A stretch of DNA of 64,000 bases, from NCBI GenBank assembly GCA_048887165.1, contig JBHLJZ010000003.1:30311-94310 (forward strand). Reading direction: 5' to 3'. Position numbers and translations under genes: made by a program. The first letter of the stretch is position 1. Each line of letters begins with the position of its first letter. Shown piece after piece: positions 50,227-60,467 of this stretch. This stretch comes from Candidatus Hodarchaeota archaeon. Its GTDB lineage: Archaea; Asgardarchaeota; Lokiarchaeia; Sigyniarchaeales; SOKP01. The notes beneath the pieces are model-generated. The model saw only the letters and a list, made by a program, of their open reading frames with translations, was not told the DNA's origin and made no database searches.

Positions 50227-51183
50227 ATGTCTTCCCTTGCTCAAGATATTCGAGATAAAATGATGGAAATACTAAGAAATGAAGAAGATAAAACAGATTT
50301 AGGGAATTTAGCTGTTTTATCTAGAGTTGGAATGAAGGTCGCATCTTCAAATTCTTCTGAATTAGATGCAGATGCAACATCTGCTTCCAGTACAGCCTTA
50401 ATTGATTTAGGCTTGCGACTAAGTGAAGCAACGGCTCATGGAGCACTTACGGAAATTATTCTTCATAATACTTCAGGATATAGTATATTACTTGCCATAA
50501 ATGATGAATATATCGTATTTGGGGGATTAAAGAATGTTTATCGAATTGGCTACTATTTAGGATATCTTCGTGATTTAGCAAAAAAGTTAAACCTTTTAAT
50601 ATCTGGAGATGAGATTACTGAGATGACTCTATCATTAGAAGAATCAGAAAAACAAAAATTAAGAGGATTTCAAGAAGAAGAGAGCGAGATCCTAGTAAAA
50701 CCTAGTGCTGAACAAGATAAAGCCGCATTGGATGGATTATTAGGCTTTTTAGACAATTGGGAGAAAGAAGGGATGGATGTTGAAGAAATTGAAACGTCAA
50801 GCGAAAATAATATTGTTTCGATCCCAAAATCTGTTGGATTAGAATATCAAAAGGAATTAGGAAAAATTGGAGGAGTAGAGACTCAAATACCTGAAAAAGA
50901 ACCGCAGTATGAAGTATATGACGATGAGATTCCACCTGTTCCTCTTGAAGATTACACTCCTATGGAAATTGAAGAAGATGCAACAGTTGAGGAACCAAAA
51001 ATTGTTCAAGAACAACCTACTCCAGAAGAATTACCTTCTCTTGATGATTTAAGACCCCCAGATTTTGAAGCAGAAATATTAGAACCTGCTTCTGAATATG
51101 AGACTGAATTCGTATTGGATAAAGAATCTGAAACGTTTGAATCTGTTCTTAAAGATCTTGGATGGGATGAAGAAGAGGATTAA
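50227..51183 (+). CDS. Roadblock/LC7 domain protein with long acidic disordered tail
   Basis: AVLSRVGMKVAS, SASSTALIDLG, EIILHNTSGYSILL in aa ~15-125; Glu/Pro-rich remainder. Confidence 0.75.
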   Translation: MSSLAQDIRDKMMEILRNEEDKTDLGNLAVLSRVGMKVASSNSSELDADATSASSTALIDLGLRLSEATAHGALTEIILHNTSGYSILLAINDEYIVFGGLKNVYRIGYYLGYLRDLAKKLNLLISGDEITEMTLSLEESEKQKLRGFQEEESEILVKPSAEQDKAALDGLLGFLDNWEKEGMDVEEIETSSENNIVSIPKSVGLEYQKELGKIGGVETQIPEKEPQYEVYDDEIPPVPLEDYTPMEIEEDATVEEPKIVQEQPTPEELPSLDDLRPPDFEAEILEPASEYETEFVLDKESETFESVLKDLGWDEEED

Positions 51184-51316
51184 TTTTTATTAAAATCTTC
51201 TGGATCATGTAACCACTTACTCATTTCTAAATTATTCAGATCGTTTTTAATAATTATTAAATAGTTTTATCTCTAAATCTTAATTAAACTAAATTCTAAT
51301 AAAAATGTGAAATAAC

Positions 51317-52669
51317 ATGAATGAAGTAGAAGAAATCCAAAGAACTCAAACAAGTTCATTAAGAAAACTAAATTATAGTTTTCCCAGAATTTCTAGTTCT
51401 ATTGTTCTAGGAATCGAAGGATTTGCTTTATTTGCGCTATATTATCTTGGATATGGAGTACCTTCCTTCCTCGTTGGCTTTGCTCAAGCAATGGGTTTTC
51501 TCTCAGTTGCTGCTGGTCAATTCTTTTTTGGGTGGATAAGTGATGCAAAATACACAAAATGGGGCAGAAGGAAGCCTTATATTATTGCATTATCTCCATT
51601 ACTTGGAATTTCATTTATTTTTCTTCTGATGCCTGCTTTAGTTTTGCCTGATCTTAATGATAAAAACGCCTTATTCTTATGGTTATTAATCTGGGATATA
51701 GTATTTAGAGCATCTTATGCTTTAACAACGGTTTATCAATCATGGATGGCCGAGCAATTTCCTGTAGAAGAACGACCAAAAGTCTCACAATATCAGAATA
51801 CGATGAATTATATTGGAAATGCAATAATGCTTGTTTTTACTTTATTGGTTCTGACACCTGCCTTTGAAGGATTTGCTACTGATCCTGATGTAATTCCTAT
51901 CGAAGTTTTATTCCCTATTTTAATATTTGGAATATTAGTAATCATTTTTTACAGTTCTATAGTTTTTACTATGCCTACTGAGCCCCGTTTTAAAATGGAT
52001 TCAAGTCTCTTTAAAAATTTAAAAACGATTGTAAAAAATAAAAATTACATGTACCTAATATTTATGCAAGGATTCGCTAGTTTTGCGTGGTCAATTATTA
52101 CTACAGTAATGTTAACGTTCGTAGAATCTGTATTAGGATTAAGTACAATAGAATATTATATTGTAGCGATCTCTCTGGTAATTGCATTTATATTTACATT
52201 ATATCTCTGGAGAAAAAATATTCAAAGAATGGGTAAGAAGAGAGCTATTTTATCATTGTTTTTATTTGCTGCCGCTCTTTTACCAACTTCAGTAATAGGA
52301 GTACTGCCTTTAGCGTCTAATATTATTTTTGGTATTATATTCATTCTTATAATTGCTGCTTCATTAGCTGGTTGGGCTCTCTTTCCATATATATACTACG
52401 CAGATTTAGCTGAAGATGATGAAAAAAGAACAGGAGAATTGAGAGCAGGAATATATGCAGGATTTAATAGCATAGTTCTTAACATTTTCCAAGCTTTGGG
52501 TCCATTGATTATTGGAGTTGTATTATCTTTGCCAGAAATTACAGTTGGATCTTTAACATATTCTATAGGGTTAGTTTTGTGGGGTCCTATTTGTTCTTTT
52601 ATCCTTTTACTCGCTTATTTGTACACAGATAAATTTGTCAAACTTGATTTTGACTGGGAAAAAAAATAA
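51317..52669 (+). CDS. MFS transporter, GPH/MelB family
   Basis: GWISD..TKWGRRKPY, ADLAEDDEKRTGELRAGIY; 12 TM. Confidence 0.88.
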   Translation: MNEVEEIQRTQTSSLRKLNYSFPRISSSIVLGIEGFALFALYYLGYGVPSFLVGFAQAMGFLSVAAGQFFFGWISDAKYTKWGRRKPYIIALSPLLGISFIFLLMPALVLPDLNDKNALFLWLLIWDIVFRASYALTTVYQSWMAEQFPVEERPKVSQYQNTMNYIGNAIMLVFTLLVLTPAFEGFATDPDVIPIEVLFPILIFGILVIIFYSSIVFTMPTEPRFKMDSSLFKNLKTIVKNKNYMYLIFMQGFASFAWSIITTVMLTFVESVLGLSTIEYYIVAISLVIAFIFTLYLWRKNIQRMGKKRAILSLFLFAAALLPTSVIGVLPLASNIIFGIIFILIIAASLAGWALFPYIYYADLAEDDEKRTGELRAGIYAGFNSIVLNIFQALGPLIIGVVLSLPEITVGSLTYSIGLVLWGPICSFILLLAYLYTDKFVKLDFDWEKK

Positions 52670-52737
52670 TAACTAAATCTAACCTATTTTTTTTATTTAT
52701 TTATTTCTCAAAAAAAAAGAAGAAGATCATCAGTTAT

Positions 52738-52974
52738 TTATAGATACCGCTTATCTTTCACTAAAATTTTAACATTCAATGCTTCTGGTCCCTTACCTTT
52801 TTCAGATTCTTTGATTTCAAATTCTGCTTCATCTCCTTCATCAAGCTTTTTAAATCCTTCCATATTGATATTAGAAAAATGTACAAAAACATCTTTTTTA
52901 TCATCTGATGTAATAAAACCATACCCTTTTTTATAATCGAACCACTTTACATGTCCTATTGACCTTTTTGGCAT
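52738..52974 (-). CDS. cspA: Cold-shock domain protein (CspA-like)
   Basis: GHVKWF, RNP1 KGYGFI, RNP2 [19 protein letters not shown]. Confidence 0.93.
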   Translation of the reverse strand: MPKRSIGHVKWFDYKKGYGFITSDDKKDVFVHFSNINMEGFKKLDEGDEAEFEIKESEKGKGPEALNVKILVKDKRYL

Positions 52975-53126
52975 AAATAATTCCCTATTTCACATTTATT
53001 AGAATAATTTTAAATTAAAAACTAAATAGAAAAATAAATCTCTATTTTAAAATTTTACTTTAGAGACAATTTCTAAAGATTAAAGCAATAAAAAACAAAA
53101 ATAAACTTTTATTATATTTCTTAGAT

Positions 53127-54500
53127 ATGAGTATTTTTGAAAAAATCCTAGAAATTTACCGTAATTATTATCTTTGTATTCATTGTTTGGGCAGAATGTT
53201 TTCCCTTTTAGGGACATGTACAACTAATCAAGAAAGAGGCAATTCTTTATTACTTTCAATGACACTGGAATATCACAGAACTTATTTAAATCAAGATCAA
53301 GAAAAAGCAAATTCGATTGAAAATTTAAAAATTTTGGCTGAAAACGCTTCTTTCATACCTGCTCAATATGTTTTAAAGAAAGAAGGATTAGAATCAAAGA
53401 AAATTGTGCCATCCAAAATTTGTTATTTATGTCATAATATTTTTAGTAATTTAGATAAGTATGTTGATAGAGCAACTAATAAATTAAAAAATTTAGAATT
53501 TAAAAACCTTTTAGTAGGTACAAGTTTAGACTCGGAAATAGATAATAAAGAAGATATATTTAAAGCAGAGTTTAAATTGTTAGAATCTGAAAGCTTTAAG
53601 AGTCATTTTAATCGAGAAGTTGGTAAATTAATATCAGATCTTTTAGATAAACCACCTGAATTTATTAATCCAGATATAACAATTATATTCAATTTAGGAT
53701 ACGATTCGTTTAAAATAGATTTATTGATTAGATCGCTTTATATTTACGGAAGATACACAAAACTTCTAAGAGGGATTCCCCAAACACACTGGCATTGTAG
53801 AAAATGTATGGGAAATGGGTGTGTATTATGTAATTTTACAGGAAAACAATATGCTACTAGTATAGAAGAATTAATATCACCTGAATTTATTAAGAATTCT
53901 GACTCAACTGGTTCTAAATTTCATGGGGCTGGGAGAGAAGACATTGATGTAAGGATGCTTGGTGAAGGAAGACCCTTTATTATCGAATTAATTAACCCAA
54001 AAATAAGATCTCTTGACCTTAAAAAAATTCAAAAACAAGTTAATAAAAAAAATAAGAAAAAGGTACAAATTTATGAATTAAAATTTAGCAATAAATTGCT
54101 AGTTAAAAAACTAAAATTTAACGCGGAAAATACGAGAAAGATCTATAAAGCTTTGGTTTATTCGGAAAAAAAGTTTTCTAAAGAAATTTTTGAAAGAAAG
54201 GTAAATCAATTAAAAGTTAATTTTGAAAATTTAAAAATCCAACAAAAAACACCATTAAGAGTGAACCATAGGCGTGCTAATAAAGTGCGAGAAAAAAAGG
54301 TTCATAAAATTGAAGGTAAGTTTATCAAATCAAACTTATTTGAATTTATAATTGAAACTCAAGGTGGTACTTATATAAAAGAACTCATTAATGGTGATAG
54401 CGGTCGAACAAAACCTTCTTTTGCTGAAATTTTTGAAAATCCTTTAATATGTAAGAAATTGGATGTTCTTAAAATTAAGAATCTAATATTTCCAGATTGA
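53127..54500 (+). CDS. pus10: tRNA pseudouridine(54/55) synthase Pus10
   Basis: CIHCLGR, FNREVGK, RGIPQT, FHGAGREDIDVRMLG, GGTYIKEL, GRTKPS. Confidence 0.95.
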   Translation: MSIFEKILEIYRNYYLCIHCLGRMFSLLGTCTTNQERGNSLLLSMTLEYHRTYLNQDQEKANSIENLKILAENASFIPAQYVLKKEGLESKKIVPSKICYLCHNIFSNLDKYVDRATNKLKNLEFKNLLVGTSLDSEIDNKEDIFKAEFKLLESESFKSHFNREVGKLISDLLDKPPEFINPDITIIFNLGYDSFKIDLLIRSLYIYGRYTKLLRGIPQTHWHCRKCMGNGCVLCNFTGKQYATSIEELISPEFIKNSDSTGSKFHGAGREDIDVRMLGEGRPFIIELINPKIRSLDLKKIQKQVNKKNKKKVQIYELKFSNKLLVKKLKFNAENTRKIYKALVYSEKKFSKEIFERKVNQLKVNFENLKIQQKTPLRVNHRRANKVREKKVHKIEGKFIKSNLFEFIIETQGGTYIKELINGDSGRTKPSFAEIFENPLICKKLDVLKIKNLIFPD

Positions 54501-54563
54501 AAATCAAAAAATAAATAAATTATTAATCATACTCAAACATACTCGAATTAATTTTTTATTTAC

Positions 54564-54890
54564 TTGGTGTTAAAAGTGACTTTACATAAAGGATATCGGA
54601 ACAAAACAAGGAGAAGACATAAGAAAAACATACGAGAAAGAGGATTAGGTTCTATTGATAAATATTTAATTGATCATGAAATTGGAAATAAGGTTGATAT
54701 TATTACTGATTCATCTCAACATCGACGTGGTATGCCACATCGCCGTTTCCATGGAATGACTGGTACCGTAGTAGGTATTCGTGGTCGTTGTTATGAAGTA
54801 CGAGTTAAGTTAGGTAATTCTCAAAAAACTTTAATAGTCGGAAAAGAGCATCTACGAGAAAGTAATTCCATTTTAAAATCTGAAAAATAA
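54564..54890 (+). CDS. rpl21e: 50S ribosomal protein L21e
   Basis: GYRNKTR, GMPHRRFHGMTG, EHL; conserved gene context. Confidence 0.95.
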   Translation: MVLKVTLHKGYRNKTRRRHKKNIRERGLGSIDKYLIDHEIGNKVDIITDSSQHRRGMPHRRFHGMTGTVVGIRGRCYEVRVKLGNSQKTLIVGKEHLRESNSILKSEK

Positions 54891-54908
54891 TATTAGGTAA
54901 AGGTTAAT

Positions 54909-55268
54909 ATGTCTGGCCGAAAAGTTGATGAAAGAACTGTTTCTATTCCTGAGGTTAAGAAGATTATGGAAGAGGTAAAAGATAAAGTAGAACAAATTGA
55001 TCCTGAAGAGGGATTATCCCATTTCCAAGAAATAACTTACAACTATGTCAACAAATATGCTAAAATGAGTGAAAAAGAAGCTAAAAAGATTATTAAATTT
55101 CTTATGGAAAAATATGAAATTGAGGAAGTTTACGCTATTAATATAGTTAACATTGATCCAAAATCAATATTCGAGCTAAGATCTATATTAGAAAAAAGTT
55201 TTACTGGAAAAACTTTAACTGATGAACAGCTCATAAATCTCCTTTCAGAAATTAAAGAACTTAAATAG
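54909..55268 (+). CDS. rpo4: RNA polymerase subunit Rpo4/F
   Basis: VSIPEVK, QEITYNYV, AINIVNIDP, ELRSIL; lies between rpl21e and DUF655. Confidence 0.88.
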   Translation: MSGRKVDERTVSIPEVKKIMEEVKDKVEQIDPEEGLSHFQEITYNYVNKYAKMSEKEAKKIIKFLMEKYEIEEVYAINIVNIDPKSIFELRSILEKSFTGKTLTDEQLINLLSEIKELK

Positions 55269-55432
55269 TAATTAATTCAAATAATATTACAAAATAAATT
55301 AAGTTATAATTCTAAACACCGAAGAATTTATAAATTCTAGTTATTTTACATTTTAATGAGAAAGTCTTAATAATGAGGAAAATTCAAAATTAAAATTTAT
55401 TATGGGTTATAATAAATTAATTTCTAAGAGAA

Positions 55433-56092
55433 TTGGTGAGTATGGAAAGGAATCGAGATCGATACAGAAGGTCTTATCAAAAACCCCGGTATCCGAGAAG
55501 AGGACCAAAAGAAAAAAAACAATTCATAAAAAAGTTTCGGGAAATTGTAATTTTAGATATATTATTACATGGCCACCCCGAAGAAGATAAACCAAGTTGG
55601 TCAAAAACACCAATTGCTCAAGTTATTACTTTTCCAGATTTTGTTCTTTATGAAGTTAAAGTTATTAAAGAATCTAATATAAAGGTTCAGGAAAAAAAAA
55701 CTTATGAAGAATTTCTAAGTCAAAATAAATTGAGAGAAGTTATAAAAAAGATAGATTTTGATGATTTAACCAGCACCTCAAAAGCTTTAATTCAATCTAT
55801 TCTTGAAGAAGAAGTTATGAAATATGAGGAAGAATTTATCAATTTCTTTAATAATTCAACCTCGATAACTCCAAGAATGCATGCTCTTAAATTATTGCCT
55901 GGTGTTGGTCAAAAGCATATGTGGGAGATACTTGAAGCAAGACAGAGACAAAGATTCACTACATTTCAAGATATAGCGGATAGAACGAGTATATCTAATC
56001 CTGTTAAATTGATTGCCCAAAGAATAATAAAGGAATTGCAACGTGAAGGTGTTAAATATTACTTATTCTCAAAGACTCAGAAATATGAATGA
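55433..56092 (+). CDS. DUF655 family RNA-binding protein (HhH)
   Basis: ILDIL..G, PIAQ, FINFFN, RMHALKLLPGVG; conserved context. Confidence 0.9.
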   Translation: MVSMERNRDRYRRSYQKPRYPRRGPKEKKQFIKKFREIVILDILLHGHPEEDKPSWSKTPIAQVITFPDFVLYEVKVIKESNIKVQEKKTYEEFLSQNKLREVIKKIDFDDLTSTSKALIQSILEEEVMKYEEEFINFFNNSTSITPRMHALKLLPGVGQKHMWEILEARQRQRFTTFQDIADRTSISNPVKLIAQRIIKELQREGVKYYLFSKTQKYE

Positions 56093-56967
56093 AAAATATG
56101 AGTATAAAGAATATTAAGCTCATTTTAGAAGAAATTGGCATAGAACCCAATAAAAAAAGGGGTCAAAATTTCTTAATTGATAAAAATCTCCTAAACAAAA
56201 TAATCTTAGAATCAGAAATTACAGAAAATGATATAATTTTAGAAGTAGGTGGTGGTTTGGGTGCCTTGACAGAGAAATTGTCACCGAAAGCTAAAAAGCT
56301 CTATGTTTATGAAATCGACTATAAATTATATGAATATCTATCAACAAAATTTTCTAAATTCAATAATACTGAAATCATAAATGAAGATATTTTAAAAGCA
56401 GAAATACCACTCCATAATAAAGTGGTTTCAAATATTCCATATACGATAACTGGACCTTTATTCCAGAAATTATTTTATAAGGAAGATCCCCCTCAAGGGA
56501 TTATGATTATTGAGAAAAGTCTTGCTGATAGAATATTTTTTTCATATAATTACAAACACATTTCAAGAATATCTATCATGTTTAACTCTTTTATGGAACC
56601 AATTGAACTATTTGATGTTTCATCAAAGTGCTTTTATCCCTCACCAACTATTAAATTAAGCCTTGTAAAAGTTAAACCTAAAAAAAATATTAACCAATTT
56701 CTTTTAAACATTCAAAGCAGAGAATTCTATACAAAATTCATAGCAGGAATGATGCCTTACAAGAACAAAAATCTCTTAAATGCTCTAAAACTATATTTTC
56801 ATAATATAGGATCAATAAATATAACGAAAGATGATATAACAGGAATATTAAAAGAATATAATTTTGAAAATGAAAAAGTTTTTAATTACAAAATCAATGA
56901 TTTTATTCGATTGAGTGAAATACTTTTCAATTTGAACGAAAATAAATCTAAAGGTGTCAATAGTTAA
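56089..56967 (+). CDS. ksgA: 16S rRNA m6,2A dimethyltransferase KsgA/Dim1
   Basis: GQNFL, LEVGGGLG, YEID, SNIPY, FYPSP. Confidence 0.93.
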   Translation: MKNMSIKNIKLILEEIGIEPNKKRGQNFLIDKNLLNKIILESEITENDIILEVGGGLGALTEKLSPKAKKLYVYEIDYKLYEYLSTKFSKFNNTEIINEDILKAEIPLHNKVVSNIPYTITGPLFQKLFYKEDPPQGIMIIEKSLADRIFFSYNYKHISRISIMFNSFMEPIELFDVSSKCFYPSPTIKLSLVKVKPKKNINQFLLNIQSREFYTKFIAGMMPYKNKNLLNALKLYFHNIGSINITKDDITGILKEYNFENEKVFNYKINDFIRLSEILFNLNENKSKGVNS

Positions 56968-57649
56968 ACAATACCACGAACCGATAATATCTAACTGTAA
57001 TAAGAACGTATATACTCCTTCTGATGATACTTATCTGATAATTGACTATTTTAAAGATAATATTGATGAGATGTATTTTGATGGAATAAAACTAGAAAAT
57101 ATCAAAAAAATTTTAGACTTGGGAACCGGAACAGGGATTATTGCGTTATTTTTACAAATGATGAAACAATCTTTTTCCCAATTTAATCCAAAGATATATG
57201 CTTCTGACATTTTAGAAGATGCAATAAGATGTGCAAAAAAAAATGAACAAAGTAATAATATTAGAAACGAGATTATTTTTATTCAATCTGATCTCTTTGA
57301 ATCGTTTCCGATATCTCTTGAAAATTGCTTCAATATAATTATTTTTAATCCTCCTTATTTACCTTCTCTTGAATTTAATAATAAAATAAGGAAAAAATTT
57401 AAAATAGACGTTACTTGGAACGGAGGAAAGAAAGGCATTGAAGTTTTTGCACGGTTTATTAAGCAAGTAAAAAAGTTTCTCGTATTAAATAAAAAATCTT
57501 ACATTTATTATGTAAGTTCAGATAAAGCTGATTTAAGCGAATTAAATAATATAATCTATAATGAGGGTTTTAGTTATACTATATTAGATAAAAAACATAT
57601 CTTTTTTGAAAATATTTTTTTAAATCGATTAGAATATATCAATGATTAA
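56954..57649 (+). CDS. HemK2/N6AMT1-like protein glutamine methyltransferase
   Basis: VYTPSDDT, LDLGTGTG, SDLF, FNPPY, WNGG; follows ksgA as in many archaea. Confidence 0.88.
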   Translation: MSIVKQYHEPIISNCNKNVYTPSDDTYLIIDYFKDNIDEMYFDGIKLENIKKILDLGTGTGIIALFLQMMKQSFSQFNPKIYASDILEDAIRCAKKNEQSNNIRNEIIFIQSDLFESFPISLENCFNIIIFNPPYLPSLEFNNKIRKKFKIDVTWNGGKKGIEVFARFIKQVKKFLVLNKKSYIYYVSSDKADLSELNNIIYNEGFSYTILDKKHIFFENIFLNRLEYIND

Positions 57650-58926
57650 AAAGGTCTTCTCATTCTTCGTTTTTCAAATAATTGAATTCCATATTTATTC
57701 AAGGTACGAGTTAGATTATTAAACAATAAATTTATTTCGAAAGGTTTAAAGACTGCCCTTTTATGAGCTTCTATTTGAGGTATTGGTAATCCATAAAAAT
57801 CATTGTAGCTTGAAATAGGTAACAATATGGAAGAAATTAAGTCTGCTTTCTTAGTTGCATCTTCGATTGAATGTTTTTCATCCATAAAAAATTCAATCCT
57901 ACATGGCGTATCGTATATAACAGTTTTAAGATAAAATCCATAAAAACTGAGAGGAAAGTAATATGGTATCTCTTTCTTTATTCCTGTATCTCTGATTTTA
58001 TCGACTTCTTTTTTACAATTAAATATACAACTTCTTTCTGATTTCCTAAGTATCCTATTATATAAGTCTAAATCAGAGAAATACTCAATAATTTGTCTGT
58101 AATTAATTTTAGTAAAATCAGATAACTCCTTTTCATTAGGTTTCAACAATAAAATTGAATCTCTAATAAGATGAGATAAAGCGGAAGTTCTAGTGTCTTT
58201 TATAGAACCTATTAAAATGATACCTTTCTCATCACAATTTGTATATAATCTACGATACTCTTTCAATAACTCATCATATTTTTTGGTTATTTCAGGATCT
58301 TTTGCGAAAATCAGATTAATAGGCATTATTACTATAGAACCATCAATAATGATAAAATCAATATCCGGTTTAGCCTCAATAAGATCATTTAATAACTTAA
58401 TTTCCATAAATCTTAAGTCCATTGAAACTTTTGCTTCAATTGCACTTTCTTCACAATTAACAAAATTTCCTTTTACATAATAATTGTTAAAACCGCTTAT
58501 ATCAGGAAAATAATCAATTTTTGATGAATCATTTTTATAAAAATAATATTTTACTGCTATTGCTTTTAAAAATGAGAAATCAACATTCATAAACTTCTTT
58601 AAGACAGAGCTTCCATCGATGCTGACTACTTTTAAACCCCTAATATTGGAGCTTTTAATTTCTTTCTTAATAAATTTCTCTTTAATGTTATAGTTAGGAT
58701 AGGGAATAAATTCTGAAAAATCCAATACTTGAATGTTTTTCAATAATATATTAACAAAATTTTCTTTTATCTTTTCAATTTCCAGATATTCTTCAGCAAT
58801 ATTTCTCAAATCATTGATTAATAATTGTTCCTTAGTTAATCCTATTTTATCTTTAACTGGATTCTTATTATGACCGAAATTAAACGTGTGATTTTTTAGC
58901 TTGACAGAATTATCCCTAATTGTCAT
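57646..58926 (-). CDS. nurA: NurA nuclease
   Basis: SIDGS, IIDGS, IGSIKD, RIEF, GLPIPQIEAHKRA. Confidence 0.85.
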   Translation of the reverse strand: MTIRDNSVKLKNHTFNFGHNKNPVKDKIGLTKEQLLINDLRNIAEEYLEIEKIKENFVNILLKNIQVLDFSEFIPYPNYNIKEKFIKKEIKSSNIRGLKVVSIDGSSVLKKFMNVDFSFLKAIAVKYYFYKNDSSKIDYFPDISGFNNYYVKGNFVNCEESAIEAKVSMDLRFMEIKLLNDLIEAKPDIDFIIIDGSIVIMPINLIFAKDPEITKKYDELLKEYRRLYTNCDEKGIILIGSIKDTRTSALSHLIRDSILLLKPNEKELSDFTKINYRQIIEYFSDLDLYNRILRKSERSCIFNCKKEVDKIRDTGIKKEIPYYFPLSFYGFYLKTVIYDTPCRIEFFMDEKHSIEDATKKADLISSILLPISSYNDFYGLPIPQIEAHKRAVFKPFEINLLFNNLTRTLNKYGIQLFEKRRMRRPF

Positions 58927-59021
58927 TAAGACAATTATTAAAGGAGTTAATAATAATAATGATGAGAGATTAGAATTTATAATTTTTAGAAGATTTCATA
59001 ATTTTAATTTGGATTATTGAT

Positions 59022-59675
59022 ATGACTATTGAATTAGGAAGAAGTCCACTAATATTGATAATTTTCACATTATTTGAGTCACTTTTCATTATTATACCTA
59101 ATCTGATATCATCGAAAATCGAAAAAAGAACATTTAAAGAAGAGATAATGGCTCTAGGTTTTAAGAATAATAATGATACTTTTACTAAACTTAGTTTAAA
59201 ATATTTAATAGGAATTTTCTTTGGAATCCTTTTTTTTCTGACATCAGGATATATATTATTCTTTTTTAAAGATATTTTAGTGCAGAATCTCTTTAGCAAG
59301 GATTTTGTTGATAAAGGAAGTGAAAATATGATCATTACTAATCCAATTAATCCAAATCTATTTGAGCTAATCATTATAATTTTACTTCAATTATTTATTG
59401 TAGGTCCTTGTGAAGAAGGATTTTTTAGAGGTTTTATTTTAAAAAAAAGTAATAGAAAAATGCATTTAGCTTTAGCAACTACATTTTCTTCAATTTGTTT
59501 TGCTTTTTATCACGTTCCTCCTTTTATCGTTCCTTTACCAACTATAATTACTTTTTTTGGTTACTACCTCCTTATTGGAATTTTGTTGTCTTCTATATAT
59601 ATCTTGTTTGATTTTTCATTAATTCCCTCTATAGCAACACATTCAGTTTTTAATATACTAATTTTAATATTATGA
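59022..59675 (+). CDS. CPBP (Abi/CAAX) intramembrane protease
   Basis: Intact motifs EEGFFRG, FAFYH, HSVFN. Confidence 0.9.
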   Translation: MTIELGRSPLILIIFTLFESLFIIIPNLISSKIEKRTFKEEIMALGFKNNNDTFTKLSLKYLIGIFFGILFFLTSGYILFFFKDILVQNLFSKDFVDKGSENMIITNPINPNLFELIIIILLQLFIVGPCEEGFFRGFILKKSNRKMHLALATTFSSICFAFYHVPPFIVPLPTIITFFGYYLLIGILLSSIYILFDFSLIPSIATHSVFNILILIL

Positions 59676-59854
59676 ATTTATTCATAAATTAAATAACTTT
59701 TTAAGAAGAAAGGTTAAATAATAATAGAAATAAATTTTTATTAAGAGAAATTTAAAAATTTAGAGATTTTCATCAGTAGGATTTAACAAAATTAATGATT
59801 TAATATACTCAAACGAAATAAGCTATAATAAGCTTTTAAATAGGGTTAAATAAT

Positions 59855-60388
59855 TTGACAGATTACGATTTTACATTTAAAGTTATGATGTTAGGCGATG
59901 CATCTGTCGGAAAAACATCCCTTACTATTAGATATATTTCTGGATTCTTTCTAGAAGATTTGAAACTTACCATAGGAGTAGATTTCTATTCTAAGACAAC
60001 AAATTTTCGTGGCAAGAGGGTTAAGTTGCAAATCTGGGATTTTGGTGGCGAAGAACGCTTTAGATTTTTACTTTCTCAATATTGTAAAGGAGCTAATGCC
60101 GCATTTTTTTTATATGATATCACAAACGGTGTCACTCTAGAACATTTACCTGATTGGACTCAAATAATTAGAGAGCATTCTGGGGATATTCCCATAATGC
60201 TAGTTGGTTCAAAACTTGATTTAGAGGAATTTAGAGCAGTACCCAGAGAAGAAGGAATAACTTCGGCAAAAAAATATAATCTTTCAACTTTTGTTGAACT
60301 TTCATCTAAAACCGGTCAAAATGTCGAAAAAGCTTTTGAAGTAATGACTGAGACATTATTCCAAAAATACACGACACATCAATTATAA
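59855..60388 (+). CDS. Rab-like small GTPase
   Basis: GDASVGKT, TIGVDF, KLQIWDFGGEERF, GSKLD, ELSSK. Confidence 0.93.
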   Translation: MTDYDFTFKVMMLGDASVGKTSLTIRYISGFFLEDLKLTIGVDFYSKTTNFRGKRVKLQIWDFGGEERFRFLLSQYCKGANAAFFLYDITNGVTLEHLPDWTQIIREHSGDIPIMLVGSKLDLEEFRAVPREEGITSAKKYNLSTFVELSSKTGQNVEKAFEVMTETLFQKYTTHQL

Positions 60389-60467
60389 GTTAAAATTTGA
60401 ACAATCTACTTTATTTAATTGAATCTTTAGATACTATTATTCCTTTAATTAAATAAGGTTAATATAT

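Noticed and set aside
55402-55590. 62-aa same-strand ORF overlapping the DUF655 start (possible frameshift or uORF)
   Set aside because: DUF655 is complete in its own frame, and the alternative peptide has no features.
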